64,000 nt of DNA from Octopus sinensis (Eukaryota): NCBI RefSeq assembly GCF_006345805.1, contig NW_021833655.1:9709-73708 (forward strand), written 5' to 3'. Each line of letters begins with the position of its first letter. The first letter of the stretch is position 1. A program made the translations under genes and the position numbers. Positions 39,485-53,169 of the stretch are shown here, one piece after another. Below the pieces are notes generated by a model, which searched no databases, was not told the origin of the DNA, and saw only the letters and a list, made by a program, of their open reading frames with translations.

Positions 39485-40340
39485 CCCTTTAGCTTCTAAA
39501 CTTGCCATATCCAGTTCAAATATTCTGTGTGTTTTATGTCCAAACTGCTCAGATCCAATCCCTTGCACCTACCCTACAATGTCATTCTATAAGTAAACAA
39601 TCAAATCATTGAAATTTCGAAGCACTAGGTCAGTGGTTTTCAACCAGGGTTCTGCAGAACCTTAGGGTTCCGCCAGTACAGTCCAGGGGTTCCGCAAGAA
39701 GTTACAAAACTGCTAAAATCGGCAGTAATTTTTAATTCTCCTGTGCAGATATGTGTGCATAAGACTATTAAATTATTGCACAGGTGTTCCCCGAGCCAGT
39801 GGAATGTTTCCTTGGGGTTCCGCTCCAGCAAAATGTTTGAAAAGCACTGCTCTAGGTTAATGCATTATTAATTAAAATAATGGGAATAAATAAGAATTAT
39901 GTTTGATAAGATTATCCGAATGCTAAAGAGTTAAGCCAGCTATATCTGGCCCAAATATTCGGTGGTCAAGCTGCACAGCTCTGGCTTTTCAGACTTACCT
40001 TCGATGTCATTTTAAAAATGAAATCACACAATTGAAGTCTCAAAGCTACAAGATAATCCAGGATTAATACAAAACAATGTGAATAGATAAGCATTGCATT
40101 TGAGGGAGTAATCTGAATACTAAAAGGGTTAGACTGACCGTATCTCACTGAAATATTCTTCCTGTTTTATGGTCAAACTGACCAGATCAGGTCTCTCACA
40201 CCTACCCAACACCATCATTCCAAAAATGCACTATAACATCATTCAGATCTCAAAGCTACAAGATAATGCATGATTAATTAAAAACAATGCGGATAAATAA
40301 GCATTACGTTTGACAGAATTACCTGATTGCTAAATGGTTA
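39485..40340. mobile_element. Cluster of piggyBac-type MITE copies (39485-39930 plus partial copies to about 40340)
   Basis: TTAA|cccttt...gctaaagag|TTAA, with repeated internal segments (gatctcaaagctacaagataat). Confidence 0.65.
39631..39849. mobile_element. hAT (Charlie-like) MITE nested in a TTAA MITE
   Basis: Ends are cagtggttttcaa / ttgaaaagcactg, with TSD cactaggt/ctctaggt. Confidence 0.8.
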
Positions 40341-40775
40341 AGGCAACCAAGGTTAGAGCCAATCAATGAGATCAATAAAGATTGATTGACACAGGTTAAT
40401 GAGGAAGACATGAATCAATGAAGTGCTTTCTACATTGTTGCTTGATCTACAAGAACAAAAAAAACAGCAGCCAAATCGCCCTCCAACCACTTACATACTG
40501 ATGATGATGATGATGATGATGAATGCAATTCAGGTTACAATACTCCTGAAAATAAGCAGTGATGATCATGGCCAGAAGGTCTTTGATCATAAAACTTATA
40601 GGATCACAGGTGACTTGTGGTTGAACAATAGCAGCAGGATTAGGACTCACACAATCATGAGTATATGTGTGGTATATAAACACACCAACACACATGCATA
40701 CATAATAATGAAGCACACACATTTGTTGTGTTAAGCAACATGTACACCCAGTTTAATGCAAATTAATCCCCACTG

Positions 40776-40853
<78 letters not shown>

Positions 40854-41110
40854 TACATAATACATACATACATGCATGAAATAAATATCAAATGGAAATA
40901 GTAGTTGTGATACCTGTACTGGTGCACGTAAAAAGCACCCACTACACTCACGGAGTGGTTGGCGTTAGGAAGGGCATCCAGCCGTAGAAACACTGCCAGA
41001 TCAGACTGGAGCCTGGTGCAGCCTCCTGGCTTCCCAGACCCCGGTCGAACCGTCTAACCCATGCTAGCACGGAAAATGGACGTTAAATGATGATGATGAT
41101 ATATATATAG

Positions 41111-41145
<35 letters not shown>

Positions 41146-41211
41146 CATATATATTGCCAGGTAGATACATATAAATATATATTGCCAGGTAGATACATAT
41201 AAATATATATA

Positions 41212-41395
41212 CAAGAGGGTGCTGAAAAGTTCCTGGCTTTAAGTTTCCGAGTTCTTTTACGAGTCTTAGAAAAACTGAAGGACCGTTGCAATAAGTGTGT
41301 GAATCTGAGAGGGAATATGTTGAATAAAATCATAATTAACTGATCCCCTTGTACTTTCTTCTACCCAAGGCCAGGATCTTTTCAGCACATCCTCA
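41212..41395 (+). mobile_element. Mariner-derived MITE
   Basis: TIRs of about 28 bp (gagggtgctgaaaagttcctggc / gccaggatcttttcagcacatcctc) are flanked by TA. The interior keeps a transposase C-terminus, KLKDRCNKCVNLRGEYVE*. Confidence 0.8.
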
Positions 41396-41623
41396 TACAA
41401 CACATGATCGACCAGACTGTTGGATGCTGTTATACATTGCTGGTCACAATGCACTCTGCATTGTTTTAGCTTTCAAATCCTGCCACCCCACTGATTAGGT
41501 GAGCAAACCCATATTCCCCACTGATCGGAAGGCTGCCCATTGCAGGGTTAACTATTTGCACCTGAGTGGACTGGAATAACATGAAATAAAGAGTTTTGCT
41601 CAAGAATACAGTGCACTGCCTGG

Positions 41624-41792
41624 CATTAGTGAAGCTAGGGGAGGGGGCTGTAGGGGCAGTCCACCCCGGGTGGCACTTTTAAAGAGGCACTACGTTTGGG
41701 CGTGCTGTAGGCAATACGTGTTTTGTGTTGGGGTCCAGGGGTGGAAAACGGAAGGGCTGCCCTGGGTGGCACACACTCTAACTACACTAGTG
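41624..41792. mobile_element. MITE with 8-bp TSD, nested in a family-C SINE
   Basis: TIRs are cattagtgaagctag / ctaactacactagtg, with TSD ctgcctgg/ctgcccag. Confidence 0.6.
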
Positions 41793-41867
41793 CTGCCCAG
41801 TCCAGGAATTGAACTCATGATTCAGTCATCAAGAGTGCAACATGCCAACCACTTGGCCATGCACCTT

Positions 41868-41900
<33 letters not shown>

Positions 41901-42063
41901 ATGTATAGTTATAGTGTGTTATGTATTACATTAAATAAAAATAATATTTCACTTCAGTTCAATACATCACGTTAATCAAGATGTCTCAAGGACTTTATTT
42001 AAAAGTGGCTTCTTGTTCATAAATAGCATAAATAGCTTTTCCTATATCATCTATCTACAACAC

Positions 42064-42115
<52 letters not shown>

Positions 42116-42210
42116 TATATATATATATATATATATATATGATATATAATATATATATATATATATATATTTTATATATATATTACATATAATGTATATA
42201 TATATATGAT

Positions 42211-42243
<33 letters not shown>

Positions 42244-42668
42244 TAACACACACATATATGTACATATGAATACACACATGCACACATTTATATGTGTGGC
42301 AGTGTGTATATGATATGTATGTATAGAACATGTATGTATATATTAAAGGAACCTGCTGTAGGGGGATGTAAATATAGCACACATGCTATTAATATATCTG
42401 CTATTTATAATTGTGGTGTATTTAGGGGGTGGGGGAGTCACGAATGTGTTTTGTGTGAGTGTGTGTGTGTGTGTGTATGTGCATATGTGTCAATGTGTGA
42501 GTCCGTGTACGTTTGTATGTGTGTATGTGTAGTGATGTATGATAGTGTGCATGTGTGTGATTTTTTTGAATTGTGATGTGTGATAATCAATGCGTATGCC
42601 TATGTGTGTGTATGGTAGTGAGTGTATGTATGTATGTATGAATGACAATGTATTGCAGTGTATGTAAG

Positions 42669-42700
<32 letters not shown>

Positions 42701-43016
42701 ACAATGTGGTATGGTCTGCGCGTATGTGTGCATGTGTTAATGCATGTGTGTGAGTGTGAATGGTGATATGATATAGTGTGTATGTGTGTGTGTGTGTAAA
42801 TGTCTATGTGTGAACGGTGATGTATAAGGTGTGTGTATGTAGTATGTCTGCATACGTCTGTATGCGGGCATGAATGATGATGTCATAATGAGTGTGTGCG
42901 TATGCACTTCCGCATGTGGGGTGTGACTGTGTTGTGTGTATATGAGTAACAACGTGATACATCGTGTGTGTATGTAAGGATGTGTGTACATATTACTCTG
43001 TATGGGTGTATGTATG

Positions 43017-43050
<34 letters not shown>

Positions 43051-43114
43051 GAATATCAAATATATAGATATATATGATGTATATATGTATGCATATACAT
43101 ATATGGTGTGGGTG

Positions 43115-43147
<33 letters not shown>

Positions 43148-43398
43148 ATATGTATATGTATATATATGCATATATATATGTATATATACACATAGTACAT
43201 CTGTGTGTGTGAACTATGATGTATGGCACGATGATATATTTAAATTTGTGTATGTGTGTACAGTTATATGATGTAAGAGAGTGTGTATATGTATGTGTGC
43301 ATGTTTGTGTATGTGCATGTATCTCCATATTCATTTATATTGTGTGTGTGTATATATACATATGTATATATGCATATATATATATATATATATATACA

Positions 43399-43431
<33 letters not shown>

Positions 43432-43640
43432 TATACATATGTATATAAGCATATATGTATATATGTATTTATATATATATGTATATGCATATATATATGT
43501 ATACATATGTATATATGCATATATGTATATATACATATTTATATATATGCTATATATATATACATATATGCATATATATATATATATATGCATATATGTA
43601 TATATATGTATATATATACATACATATATATATATATACA

Positions 43641-43671
<31 letters not shown>

Positions 43672-43678
43672 TATATGC

Positions 43679-43724
<46 letters not shown>

Positions 43725-44089
43725 CATAGTGGCTGGCAGGTTGGCAGGTGAAGGAGAGGAGAGAGGGAGAGCAGAGAGAGAAAGAGTGAGAGTGCGGTGG
43801 TGGGGTTATATTTACAATCAGTCAAGCTGCTGCTTATGTATTCTTCAAGGAGTGCCTCCTATTGTACTGCATCTTCCACTCACTTCACTCCCTCTCCTCC
43901 CACCCCTTCACTTCTCCTTAAATCTCATCCCCCCCCCACCACCACCACTAGCTGCTCTGTCTCCCACTCACCTCTCTCCTTCTTGCTCTCCACTCACCCC
44001 ACTCCCCACAGCTTCTGCCACCAACTCTCACCCTTCTTTCCCTACCTCCTTGTATCTCCCTCTGCTCTCTCTGTGTGTGTGAGTGTATG

Positions 44090-44655
44090 TATGTGTGTGT
44101 GAAAGCCCATGAGTGTGTGTGTGTGTGAGTGTATGTATGTGTGTGTGAAAGCCCATGTGTGTGTGTGTGAGTGTATGTATGTGTGTGTGAAAGCCCATGA
44201 GTGTGTGTGTGTGTGAGTGTATGTATGTGTGTGTGAAAGCCCATGTGTGTGTGTGTGAGTGTATGTATGTGTGTGTGAAAGCCCATGAGTGTGTGTGTGT
44301 GTGAGTGTATGTATGTGTGTGTGAAAGCCCATGAGTGTGTGTGTGTGTGAGTGTATGTATGTGTGTGTGAAAGCCCATGAGTGTGTGTGTGTGAGTGTAT
44401 GTATGTGTGTGTGAAAGCCCATGAGTGTGTGTGTGTGTGAGTGTATGTATGTGTGTGTGAAAGCCCATGAGTGTGTGTGTGTGTGAGTGTATGTATGTGT
44501 GTGTGAAAGCCCATGAGTGTGTGTGTGTGTGAGTGTATGTATGTGTTTGTGAAAGCCCATGAGTGTGTGTGTGTGTGAGTGTATGTATGTATGTGTGTGT
44601 GAAAGCCCATGAGTGTGTGTGTGTAAATGTATGTATGTGTGTGTGAAAGCCCATG
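44090..44655. repeat. Minisatellite, 13 units of 42-50 bp
   Basis: The invariant GAAAGCCCAT occurs 13 times, separated by variable GT-rich spacers. Confidence 0.95.
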
Positions 44656-45109
44656 TGCGTGTGTGTGTGTGTGTCTCCCACCATATACTACACTTGATAT
44701 ATTGATGTGTGTCAGGGTGGTGGAGAGAGGAGGTGTTCCCTTTTCTTACAGCTGACACTCTGTACTCTATTGTTCTTCCCTCTCTCTCTGCCTTCCTTCC
44801 TTTCTCTCTTTCTTTCTCCCCCTCTCCTTCTATCTCTCTTTCTCTTCTGCTAAAAAATCTTAGTGGCGATGGTGGTTGTGGTGGTGTGTGCAGACATACA
44901 TACTTATGTGTGTATGACTGTGTATTATATAAATACATATTGCATATGTGTATATATATATATATATATATAAAAATTTTCTTACTCACGTATGTGTGTG
45001 TGAGTGTGTGGTATATATATATATATATATATATGATAGATAGATAGATAGATATGTATGCACACACACTCATATTTGGTGCCGCAAATTGGGAAATAGA
45101 ATTGAAAAC

Positions 45110-45200
<91 letters not shown>

Positions 45201-45276
45201 TATACATAGATAGATATACATACATACGTATATGTGGCTACACATATTCACATGTACGTACACACACAAGCACACG

Positions 45277-45321
<45 letters not shown>

Positions 45322-46295
45322 CCATTAATACCATAGTTATGGAGTTATGGGGTCACTACGTGCCTCTGTCAACAATAAACCAAACTCTATTTTCTTTCTT
45401 TCTTCCCTGATATTTTTCTCTAAAATATGTTTAATATGTAACTAACAGGGAAAAAAAACGCACACACAAAAAAAACAAAACAAAACAAACCAAAAATAAA
45501 ATAAAATAAAATAAAATTCTAGCTATGACATACCATAAAAACATAAGTGTCAGATAAACAAAATATCCGTTGTTTTCTTGTCTTTTCTGTTGGCCATGTG
45601 ATATGTTGTCTGGTCTCTTTGCATTTGGACATTGGCCTGACTACTCATTGTATCTCTACCATTGGATAGTCTGAGCTATCTTTAACATCCACTCTTTCCC
45701 TCTTTTTTCTCTGTCTCTCCTGCTAACACTCTCTTCTTCTGCTAACACACTCTCTCTCTCCCTCTCTTTTTCTTGTTTCTCTCTCTCTCTCTCCCTCTCT
45801 CTCTCTATGTCTTTCTCTTTCTCTGTCTGTCTCTCTCTCTCTCTCTCCACCTCCACATATTTTCAACTGTCTTTTTCCCTCCCATCAATTGGCTCTGGAA
45901 CTTACCCCCACTTTAACTCTTCCTTCATCTATCTTTTTGCTTTCTATAATGCACACACACACATACACACACACACGTGTTCACACATGCACACACTGAC
46001 ATTTATACACACAGCCATATACATATCACCATTACATATGCATGCCTCTCTATATACATATTCACATATACAAGAATACATTTAAATATACGTAGACATT
46101 TATATATGCATATATACATATACTTATAAGTATGCAAGTGTATGTATGCATATATGCATATATAGTTGCACCCATGCATACACACATGCATATATACATA
46201 TATGTATGCATGATTCTATGTACATATGTATGAATATGCATGTATACATACATGTATGCATATATTGTCGCATACATGCATATAGACACACATGT

Positions 46296-46382
<87 letters not shown>

Positions 46383-46789
46383 TTTTACTGGCTTCATACC
46401 AGATATATATTTGTACTTGTGTGTCCGCATGCATATGTGTGTGTGTGTATACATCTGTATGTAGTTAACAGCATGTTTCTAAGAGTTATCACAAACATGG
46501 TAATACTGTGAAGAATCTGAAAGAACTGGATGCCTTTGTTAGAGTAAACATGTTCAGGATTAAAGCTCTGGCCTAGAGCATTCCAATATTTAGATTTTTC
46601 AAGCTCCTATTTTGGACATTCCTCAGATTGTGTTGGTTTGTACAGCAGGGACCTTCTCTAGGTTAGAGTTTATAGGTATGGTTTCAACACATTGCTGACT
46701 TCCTGTTTGCATAAAGGTTAAGGTCTATGGTCTATGAACTTCTGGCTTTGTAGATGTTTACATTTAGTCAAGTACGATATTTCTTCGCA

Positions 46790-46915
46790 GTCAGAAATAA
46801 TGATCTTGTTTTGATGATGACACTTAGAAAAGAACTCTGATCATTTAATTAATGCATCTGTTGTTTTGGTGAGGATAATGTTTTTTTATCCATTGCAGAA
46901 GCTACAGAATTTATA
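46790..46915 (-). pseudogene. Penelope-like GIY-YIG C-terminal remnant, copy 1
   Basis: Translates as YKFCSFCNG*KNIILTKTTDALIK*SEFFSKCHHQNKIII, matching the CxxC..EK..I..LNKRSEL..KCRHxNK motif of Penelope-like elements as I recall it. Confidence 0.65.
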
Positions 46916-47117
46916 GCAGTGGTTCTACATGTTGCAGAAGAACAATATAGACCAACTGGTATTAAAGATAGTAATCAACAAGGAGTGTAGAGTCAATAAT
47001 TATAGTTTAACATATTGTTGGCTTCCAGTTTTGTCTTGCTTAATGGATAAAGTTCTATGAGATTCCAGCTTTTCAAATGCTTACATTTAGTTTGGCTTGA
47101 TATTTCTATTGTGGACA

Positions 47118-47240
47118 GAAATAATGATTTTGTTTTTGTGATGACACTTAAAAATTAGCTCTGATCTTTTGTTTAAAGCACCTGTTGTTTTGGTGAGGAT
47201 AAAGTATTTTTATATCTTTCAGAAGCCACAGAAATTGTAG
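47118..47240 (-). pseudogene. Penelope-like GIY-YIG C-terminal remnant, copy 2
   Basis: Translates as YNFCGF*KI*KYFILTKTTGALNKRSELIFKCHHKNKIII. It is a diverged duplicate about 325 bp from copy 1. Confidence 0.75.
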
Positions 47241-47575
47241 CATAGATTGTACTTGTTGAAATACAGAATAAAATTGGTGGTATTAAAGTTGTAAATGTTA
47301 TAATCTTTTAGAATATTAGGTAACTTGATAATGTTGTGCAGTTACTTTTGTCTCTTTGTCTAAAGGCTTAAGTTCTGACTCTTAAAACTGCCCTCAAACA
47401 TTCCAATATACAACGTAGGGGTTTGTATGTCACATGGAACTGACACTATAGCTTGGTAGATAAGTGATTCAGCTTTGCATAAATTGTCCAAAGGGAATAA
47501 CCCTTTAATAAGTTACATAATAATGTATGGAATTTGTTTACAGGTCCTTGAGCCTATTAAGTGGATTGTAATGCC

Positions 47576-47612
<37 letters not shown>

Positions 47613-48898
47613 TGTCATTGTCATCAACTTTTAACATCTGTTTTCCATGCTGGCATAGGCTGGATGGTTTGACAGAGTCTGACAAGGTACAGAGTTGCAG
47701 CAGACACCAATGTCAGTTTTGACATAGTTTCTATGACTGGATGCCCTTCCTAACATCAACAACTTGTTTATTGGGTGTTCTGGGTACGTTTTTCATGGCA
47801 CCAGCACTAGTGAGGTCACCAAGTAACTTGCAGGACAAAATAAAGAAGGGAAAGAGGGTAAAAAATCTGAAACCTCCTCAACTGAGTGAGATCGTATTTG
47901 AAAAAGTGGGCGGTGACTTCATGCTATGGTTGATGGCTAAAATATGATAGAAGGAAGAGACAAGCACAGATGTCTTGCTATGAAGGAGATGTATGGCTAC
48001 TCTACATTATGCAAGGGATGATGTGAGTAAAGTGAAGGGAGTTAAAGATGGTGGATCAAACGTTTTGACAGGATCCAGTAATCCACAAAGTTATGTCAGG
48101 TTCTAATGCCAGGTTTTGGCATGGTTTCTACACCTGGATCCTCTTCCTGATCCCAACCACTTTTCAGTGTGTACTGGGTGCATTTTATGTGGCACCAGCA
48201 CAAGTGAGATTGCCAAGGAATTTTGCAAGAGAAAGTGAAGAAAGGAAAAGGAAATGGGAAACAGTGCCCTTGACTAAATGGAAGTGTATCCGAGTGATGG
48301 GGGGGGGACGTGTCTTTATGCCAAGCGTTGAAGGCTAAAGTATGATGAAAGGGCAGGCATAGAGGTCTTGTCATAGAGGAGATACACGACTATCCCACAG
48401 TATCCAAGGGTGGCTAAGAGTAGCTGGAAGGGCGATGGTGGTGCCAGGGTACCTGCAATAATGTTCCCCATATTAGTCATGCAGCTATCGATATATATTT
48501 TGGGCTATGTAGCATATTTGGTTATCTTTGATTTTTTTTGTTTTGAAAATTCTATTACATTGATGAATCATTGATTATTTAAAAACAATATTTTAAACTC
48601 TTAAAACTCGATATAGACCATGTAAGAGGGATGCTGTAGTCTTGTAAAACATAAACGAATGCTGTTCACTTTGAATGTTTGCATGAATATTGAACAGTTT
48701 TTTTTTTTGTATAAAACTAATTGATTCTGACATCCAAGGACACACACATGCACACATGCATACACGCACGCGCGTGCACATACATACACATACACACATA
48801 CACACACAAGGAATTTGCTTCCCTATCATCAGGTTTCAGGTTTAAGGCCAACCAAAGCTTTGCAGATGGACTTTGCAGCTGGAAACTGATAGAAATCC

Positions 48899-48952
<54 letters not shown>

Positions 48953-49664
48953 GGTTTAGGAACTTGATTCCTAACCATGTAATCATATGGTATCAGGTTC
49001 GGTCCCGAGATTTGGTAGAGTGGACAGTGAAAATTACCCATAATATATATGTGTATGTGTATATGTGTGCATGCGTGTGCGTATGTGTTTGTGTGGACCC
49101 TCTTATCTTGACATCAAGTGATGATTGTAACTGAGTATCACCATCAAACAAGCAATGCTTTTCATTTCAAGTCTTCCACAAAAACAGGTCTGGTCATGGT
49201 CTAAGATACAACACATTAAAAACCAAATGGATGCTAGCCGTCCAACCCATGCTAGCATGGAAAACGGACGCTAAACGATGATGATGATATATCTTTTCTC
49301 TACCCCACTTCTTCTTCTTCTTCTTCTTCTTTGTTTTAGATGTGTTTGCTCTTCAATTTGTTATTGTCACCTTGACGTCCAAACCTTAACAATCTCAACA
49401 TTTTCGTTTTGACTTTCTTTTTAAATTCTTCAATGCCACCAAACTTGATGCTGTCAACCGATACAAGCACATGGTACTCATTCATAAAAATACATGGCAC
49501 CACATTTGGTATAAAAAAATATCCTATACATATGCTGAATTCATCTTGACATGTTATACCTGCTTGTAGGATGTGGTCAGGGTACCTACATACTATGAGC
49601 CAGTACAACATGTCAAGAGTGAGTCAGTATATGTAGCAGGATATTTCTTTACACCAAACACCCT

Positions 49665-49988
49665 TTGGTCATGAATGACCATGGGATTGCACCTAGAAAG
49701 TTACTTCTGAGGCACAAGTCTGGGCAAGGTTGTGGAAAGCCAGCAGTCACCCATGCATACCAGCCTCCTTTCTCCACATCACCAATGTTATCCAAGGGAA
49801 AGGCAAAGGGGCCGATACAGCTTGGCACCAGTGATGTTGCAACTCATTTCTACAGCTGAGTGAACTGGAGCAACATGAAATAAAGTGTCTTGCTCAAGAA
49901 TACAACACACAGCCCGGTCTGAGAATCGAACTCACAACCTCATGATTGTAAGATCGACGTGATAACCACTGAGCCATGCGCCTTCACA
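49665..49988 (-). mobile_element. SINE family C
   Basis: Colinear with 25755-26082. Confidence 0.8.
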
Positions 49989-50366
49989 TTATGTGCATTA
50001 TGTGTGTGTGTGTGTGTATGTGTGTCTATATATATCTATCTATATATATATATATATATATATATTGTTATTATTATCGTTATTGTAAAGTTTGAAAATG
50101 GAGAGATCTAATGGATACAAATTGATATATTAATTTAATTAACATCTTCACCTACAATTGTTTTATTTCTCAACCCAAATTAAAACTACAAAACATATAA
50201 ATATATAATATTACATTTTAAAATATCTTGGATGGAGAATCTTCAATGTGTACAGAAAGACAATACAAGGATTACATTACGATCTGTTGGAATGCTCAGA
50301 ATATGTATTCATATTTATTATGTGGGTATGTGTATGTATGTGTGTGCACATATACATTAAAATACT

Positions 50367-50405
<39 letters not shown>

Positions 50406-50737
50406 CACAAGTAATCCTTTTCACTATAGGCACAAGGCCTAAAATTTTGAGGAGGGGGTTAATCAATAACATTGACACTCCCCACCCCACCACCAGGATG
50501 CAACTGTTTCTTATTTCATCGACCTCAAAAGGTTGAACGGCAAAGTTAACCTAGGTGGAATTTGAAGTCAGATCATGAAAGTGGGTGAAAATGCTGCTAA
50601 GCATTTTGCCTGGCATGTTCAAAATTCTACCAGCTCACCACCTTGTATGTATGTGTGTGTTGTGTGTATATATATATATATATATACATACATACATACA
50701 TACATACATACATACATACATACATCATACATCATAC

Positions 50738-50769
<32 letters not shown>

Positions 50770-50785
50770 ATATATCATACATACA

Positions 50786-50828
<43 letters not shown>

Positions 50829-51738
50829 TATAATACATATATATATAATATATATAATATATATATATATATATAATATAATATATAATATATATATATA
50901 TAATATATATATAAATAGCATTTCTGTACATTCTCATTGGTTACTTAGTATGCTTATCTTCTGAAACTTATGTTTTCTGTTTCCGCTTTTTTTTTTATAC
51001 CTAATATTGTATTCGTTTTTTTTTTTTTAAACTACTTTTTCCTTTTGATTGTGGATAAACTCAACTTGACAATACATTCCTGGTCTTCAGCACCTGAGGC
51101 ATAATGTGTAGCTTTAAAAACACGTCTTTATCACTTGTAAATTTTTGGTGTTACATTAACCAATCAGATCTGCTGACAACATATTCACACAGACTAACAA
51201 CCTATGCCTCACTTGTACATTTTAAAAACATTTTATTTATTTATCTATTTTATTTTATTTTTATTATTATTTTCCTCTTTTTTTAAATACTTCTTTTTAT
51301 TTTTTTTTATTCAATATATCTAATATTTATATATTTTATTCCATTACTGAAATACAGAAATGATTTTTTGGTAAAAATCAAACACACACACACATACACA
51401 TACATACACGTGCACATGCACAACCCACACACATTTCATGCATGTGTGCATGTGTGGTGTGTCATGTATGTGTATGTGTGTCTTTCTGTATGTATATATG
51501 TGTGTCTATAATATGTGTGTGCATATATATTGATGCACATACGTATATGTATACAAATACATATTTGTATGTATGCATATACATGTGAATATATGTGTAT
51601 GTGTGTGCAGATATATATGTGTGTGTGTGTGCATGCAGATATATATATGTGTGTGTCTGTGTTTGTATATGGCATATATATATATACACACACATACATA
51701 TATATATATATATACATACATATATATGTGTATGTGTG

Positions 51739-51783
<45 letters not shown>

Positions 51784-52014
51784 GATGCGCACATGCATAT
51801 GAAAGGTGTGTTTTATGTACAAATATACATAAACAATAAGATTTGAACTGAAGATGAAGTCTGTAGCAAAAGATAAACTATAGATGAGGTTTATTTTCGC
51901 AAAGAAAAATTATGAGTGACTTTGCAGTTTTGGTAGTTGTCAGCCTTATCAGATTGTCTACATACATATGTGTGTGTATGTGCACATGTGCATGTATTCT
52001 CTGTGTGTCTACAA

Positions 52015-52061
<47 letters not shown>

Positions 52062-52104
52062 GGCGTGTGTGCGTCTGTATATGTATATATATATATGTAT
52101 ATAT

Positions 52105-52295
52105 ATTGTGAGAATTTACATAACAAAACAAAAGATGATGACGGGTGTGTAAACAACAAACAGATGTATTAGTTTAATGCTCAGGAAGTGAGAAAGTCTT
52201 TTATGTTTCGAGCCTACGCTCTTCGACAGAAAGGAACACAGAAATAAACAGAGAGAGAGAAAATAGAAAAAAGTTTAGTGGCTAACGATCTATAT
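52105..52295 (-). mobile_element. Short Penelope-like repeat (family P2), copy 2
   Basis: Homologous to 7690-7880, with TA-rich flanks. Confidence 0.6.
52198..52233 (-). ncRNA. Minimal hammerhead-like motif (CUGUCGA core variant)
   Basis: Minus strand reads cttt-CTGTCGA-A-GAGC-gtag-GCTC-GAAAC-ATA-aaag. Stem II and stem I are perfect, A6 is replaced by U, and GUA has become AUA (likely CpG decay). Confidence 0.55.
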
Positions 52296-52317
52296 AAATA
52301 AATATATGTATATATAA

Positions 52318-52530
52318 AATGGTATTTTTATATAAGCTTAAGGCTTATGGTGATCACTGTGCATTGACTAAGGAAAATAGTCTAATTAGGGGGGATATAA
52401 GCTCTTGACAGAATGCGGATAGGAAAGCATCCTTTTCTGTCAAGTGCTTATATGCCCCTTAATTAGACTATTTTCCTTATTCATTGCATGGTGATCGCCA
52501 TAAGCCTTAAGCTTATATAAAAATCCCATT
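52318..52530. repeat. 213-bp near-perfect palindrome
   Basis: Arms at 52318-52413 and 52435-52530 are reverse complements with few mismatches, around a 21-nt loop. Confidence 0.9.
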
Positions 52531-53169
52531 ATTACTATTTACAGGATTGTAAAATATGATGCTGCATAACAAAACTATTCACACCAAAAGCATGTATATA
52601 TATAAATATGAATGAATGAAAGCTTTAGGTTAATTAAAACATATTTCAACTTCTTAAAGCAAATTCACTACAGTTGCCATGGAGGAAAGATGTTCTCTTA
52701 TGGTAAAAGGTGTAAAACACTGTATGCATATATTCAATCTGAATGCATCGCTCAAACTACCTAGGATTATACTTAAGAAAGTATACCTTCACAAAAATAC
52801 GGAAAAACCTCCATACCTTCCAGAACAAGATGAATTGTGAACTTTATTCGTCTATCTTTATTCTCCTATCTACTGTGAATTCTCGGTCTGGAACTTTCCT
52901 GCGTACACACCATATGTCTGATAACGGAATACCCAGCGTCTGAAGCTGTTGACCCACCACCTGGCTTATCCCAGAAACAGCTGTAAAGCATTACTTTCTT
53001 CTACTTCTCCATTTTTGATTCACCTTTACTTTAATTAAATATTCTAAATTACTTGAGGTGCTCATCCTGCCTTGGTTTTCTTTTCCTTTTCCTTTAATAT
53101 ATATAAATTATTATTATTAATTCATAACATAGTGTAAGTAAAAATGCACCAGAGTCTTTAATCATCAGT

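Noticed and set aside
44090-44655. CRISPR-like repeat-spacer appearance
   Set aside because: The spacers are near-identical microsatellite, the repeat is only 10 bp, there are no cas genes, and the context is eukaryotic.
44042-45073. 343-aa His/Thr-rich ORF and overlapping long ORFs
   Set aside because: Read-through of the GT minisatellite. All three minus frames give repetitive peptides.
46580-46632. Hammerhead on minus strand near the Penelope remnants (CTGAGGA…GAAA)
   Set aside because: Stem II is poor, and the NUH triplet cannot be placed in register with stem I.
49336-49611. 91-aa ORF as a gene or RTE fragment
   Set aside because: Only a faint LRxFG resemblance and a (GAA)n tail. It is probably old retroelement debris and cannot be supported.
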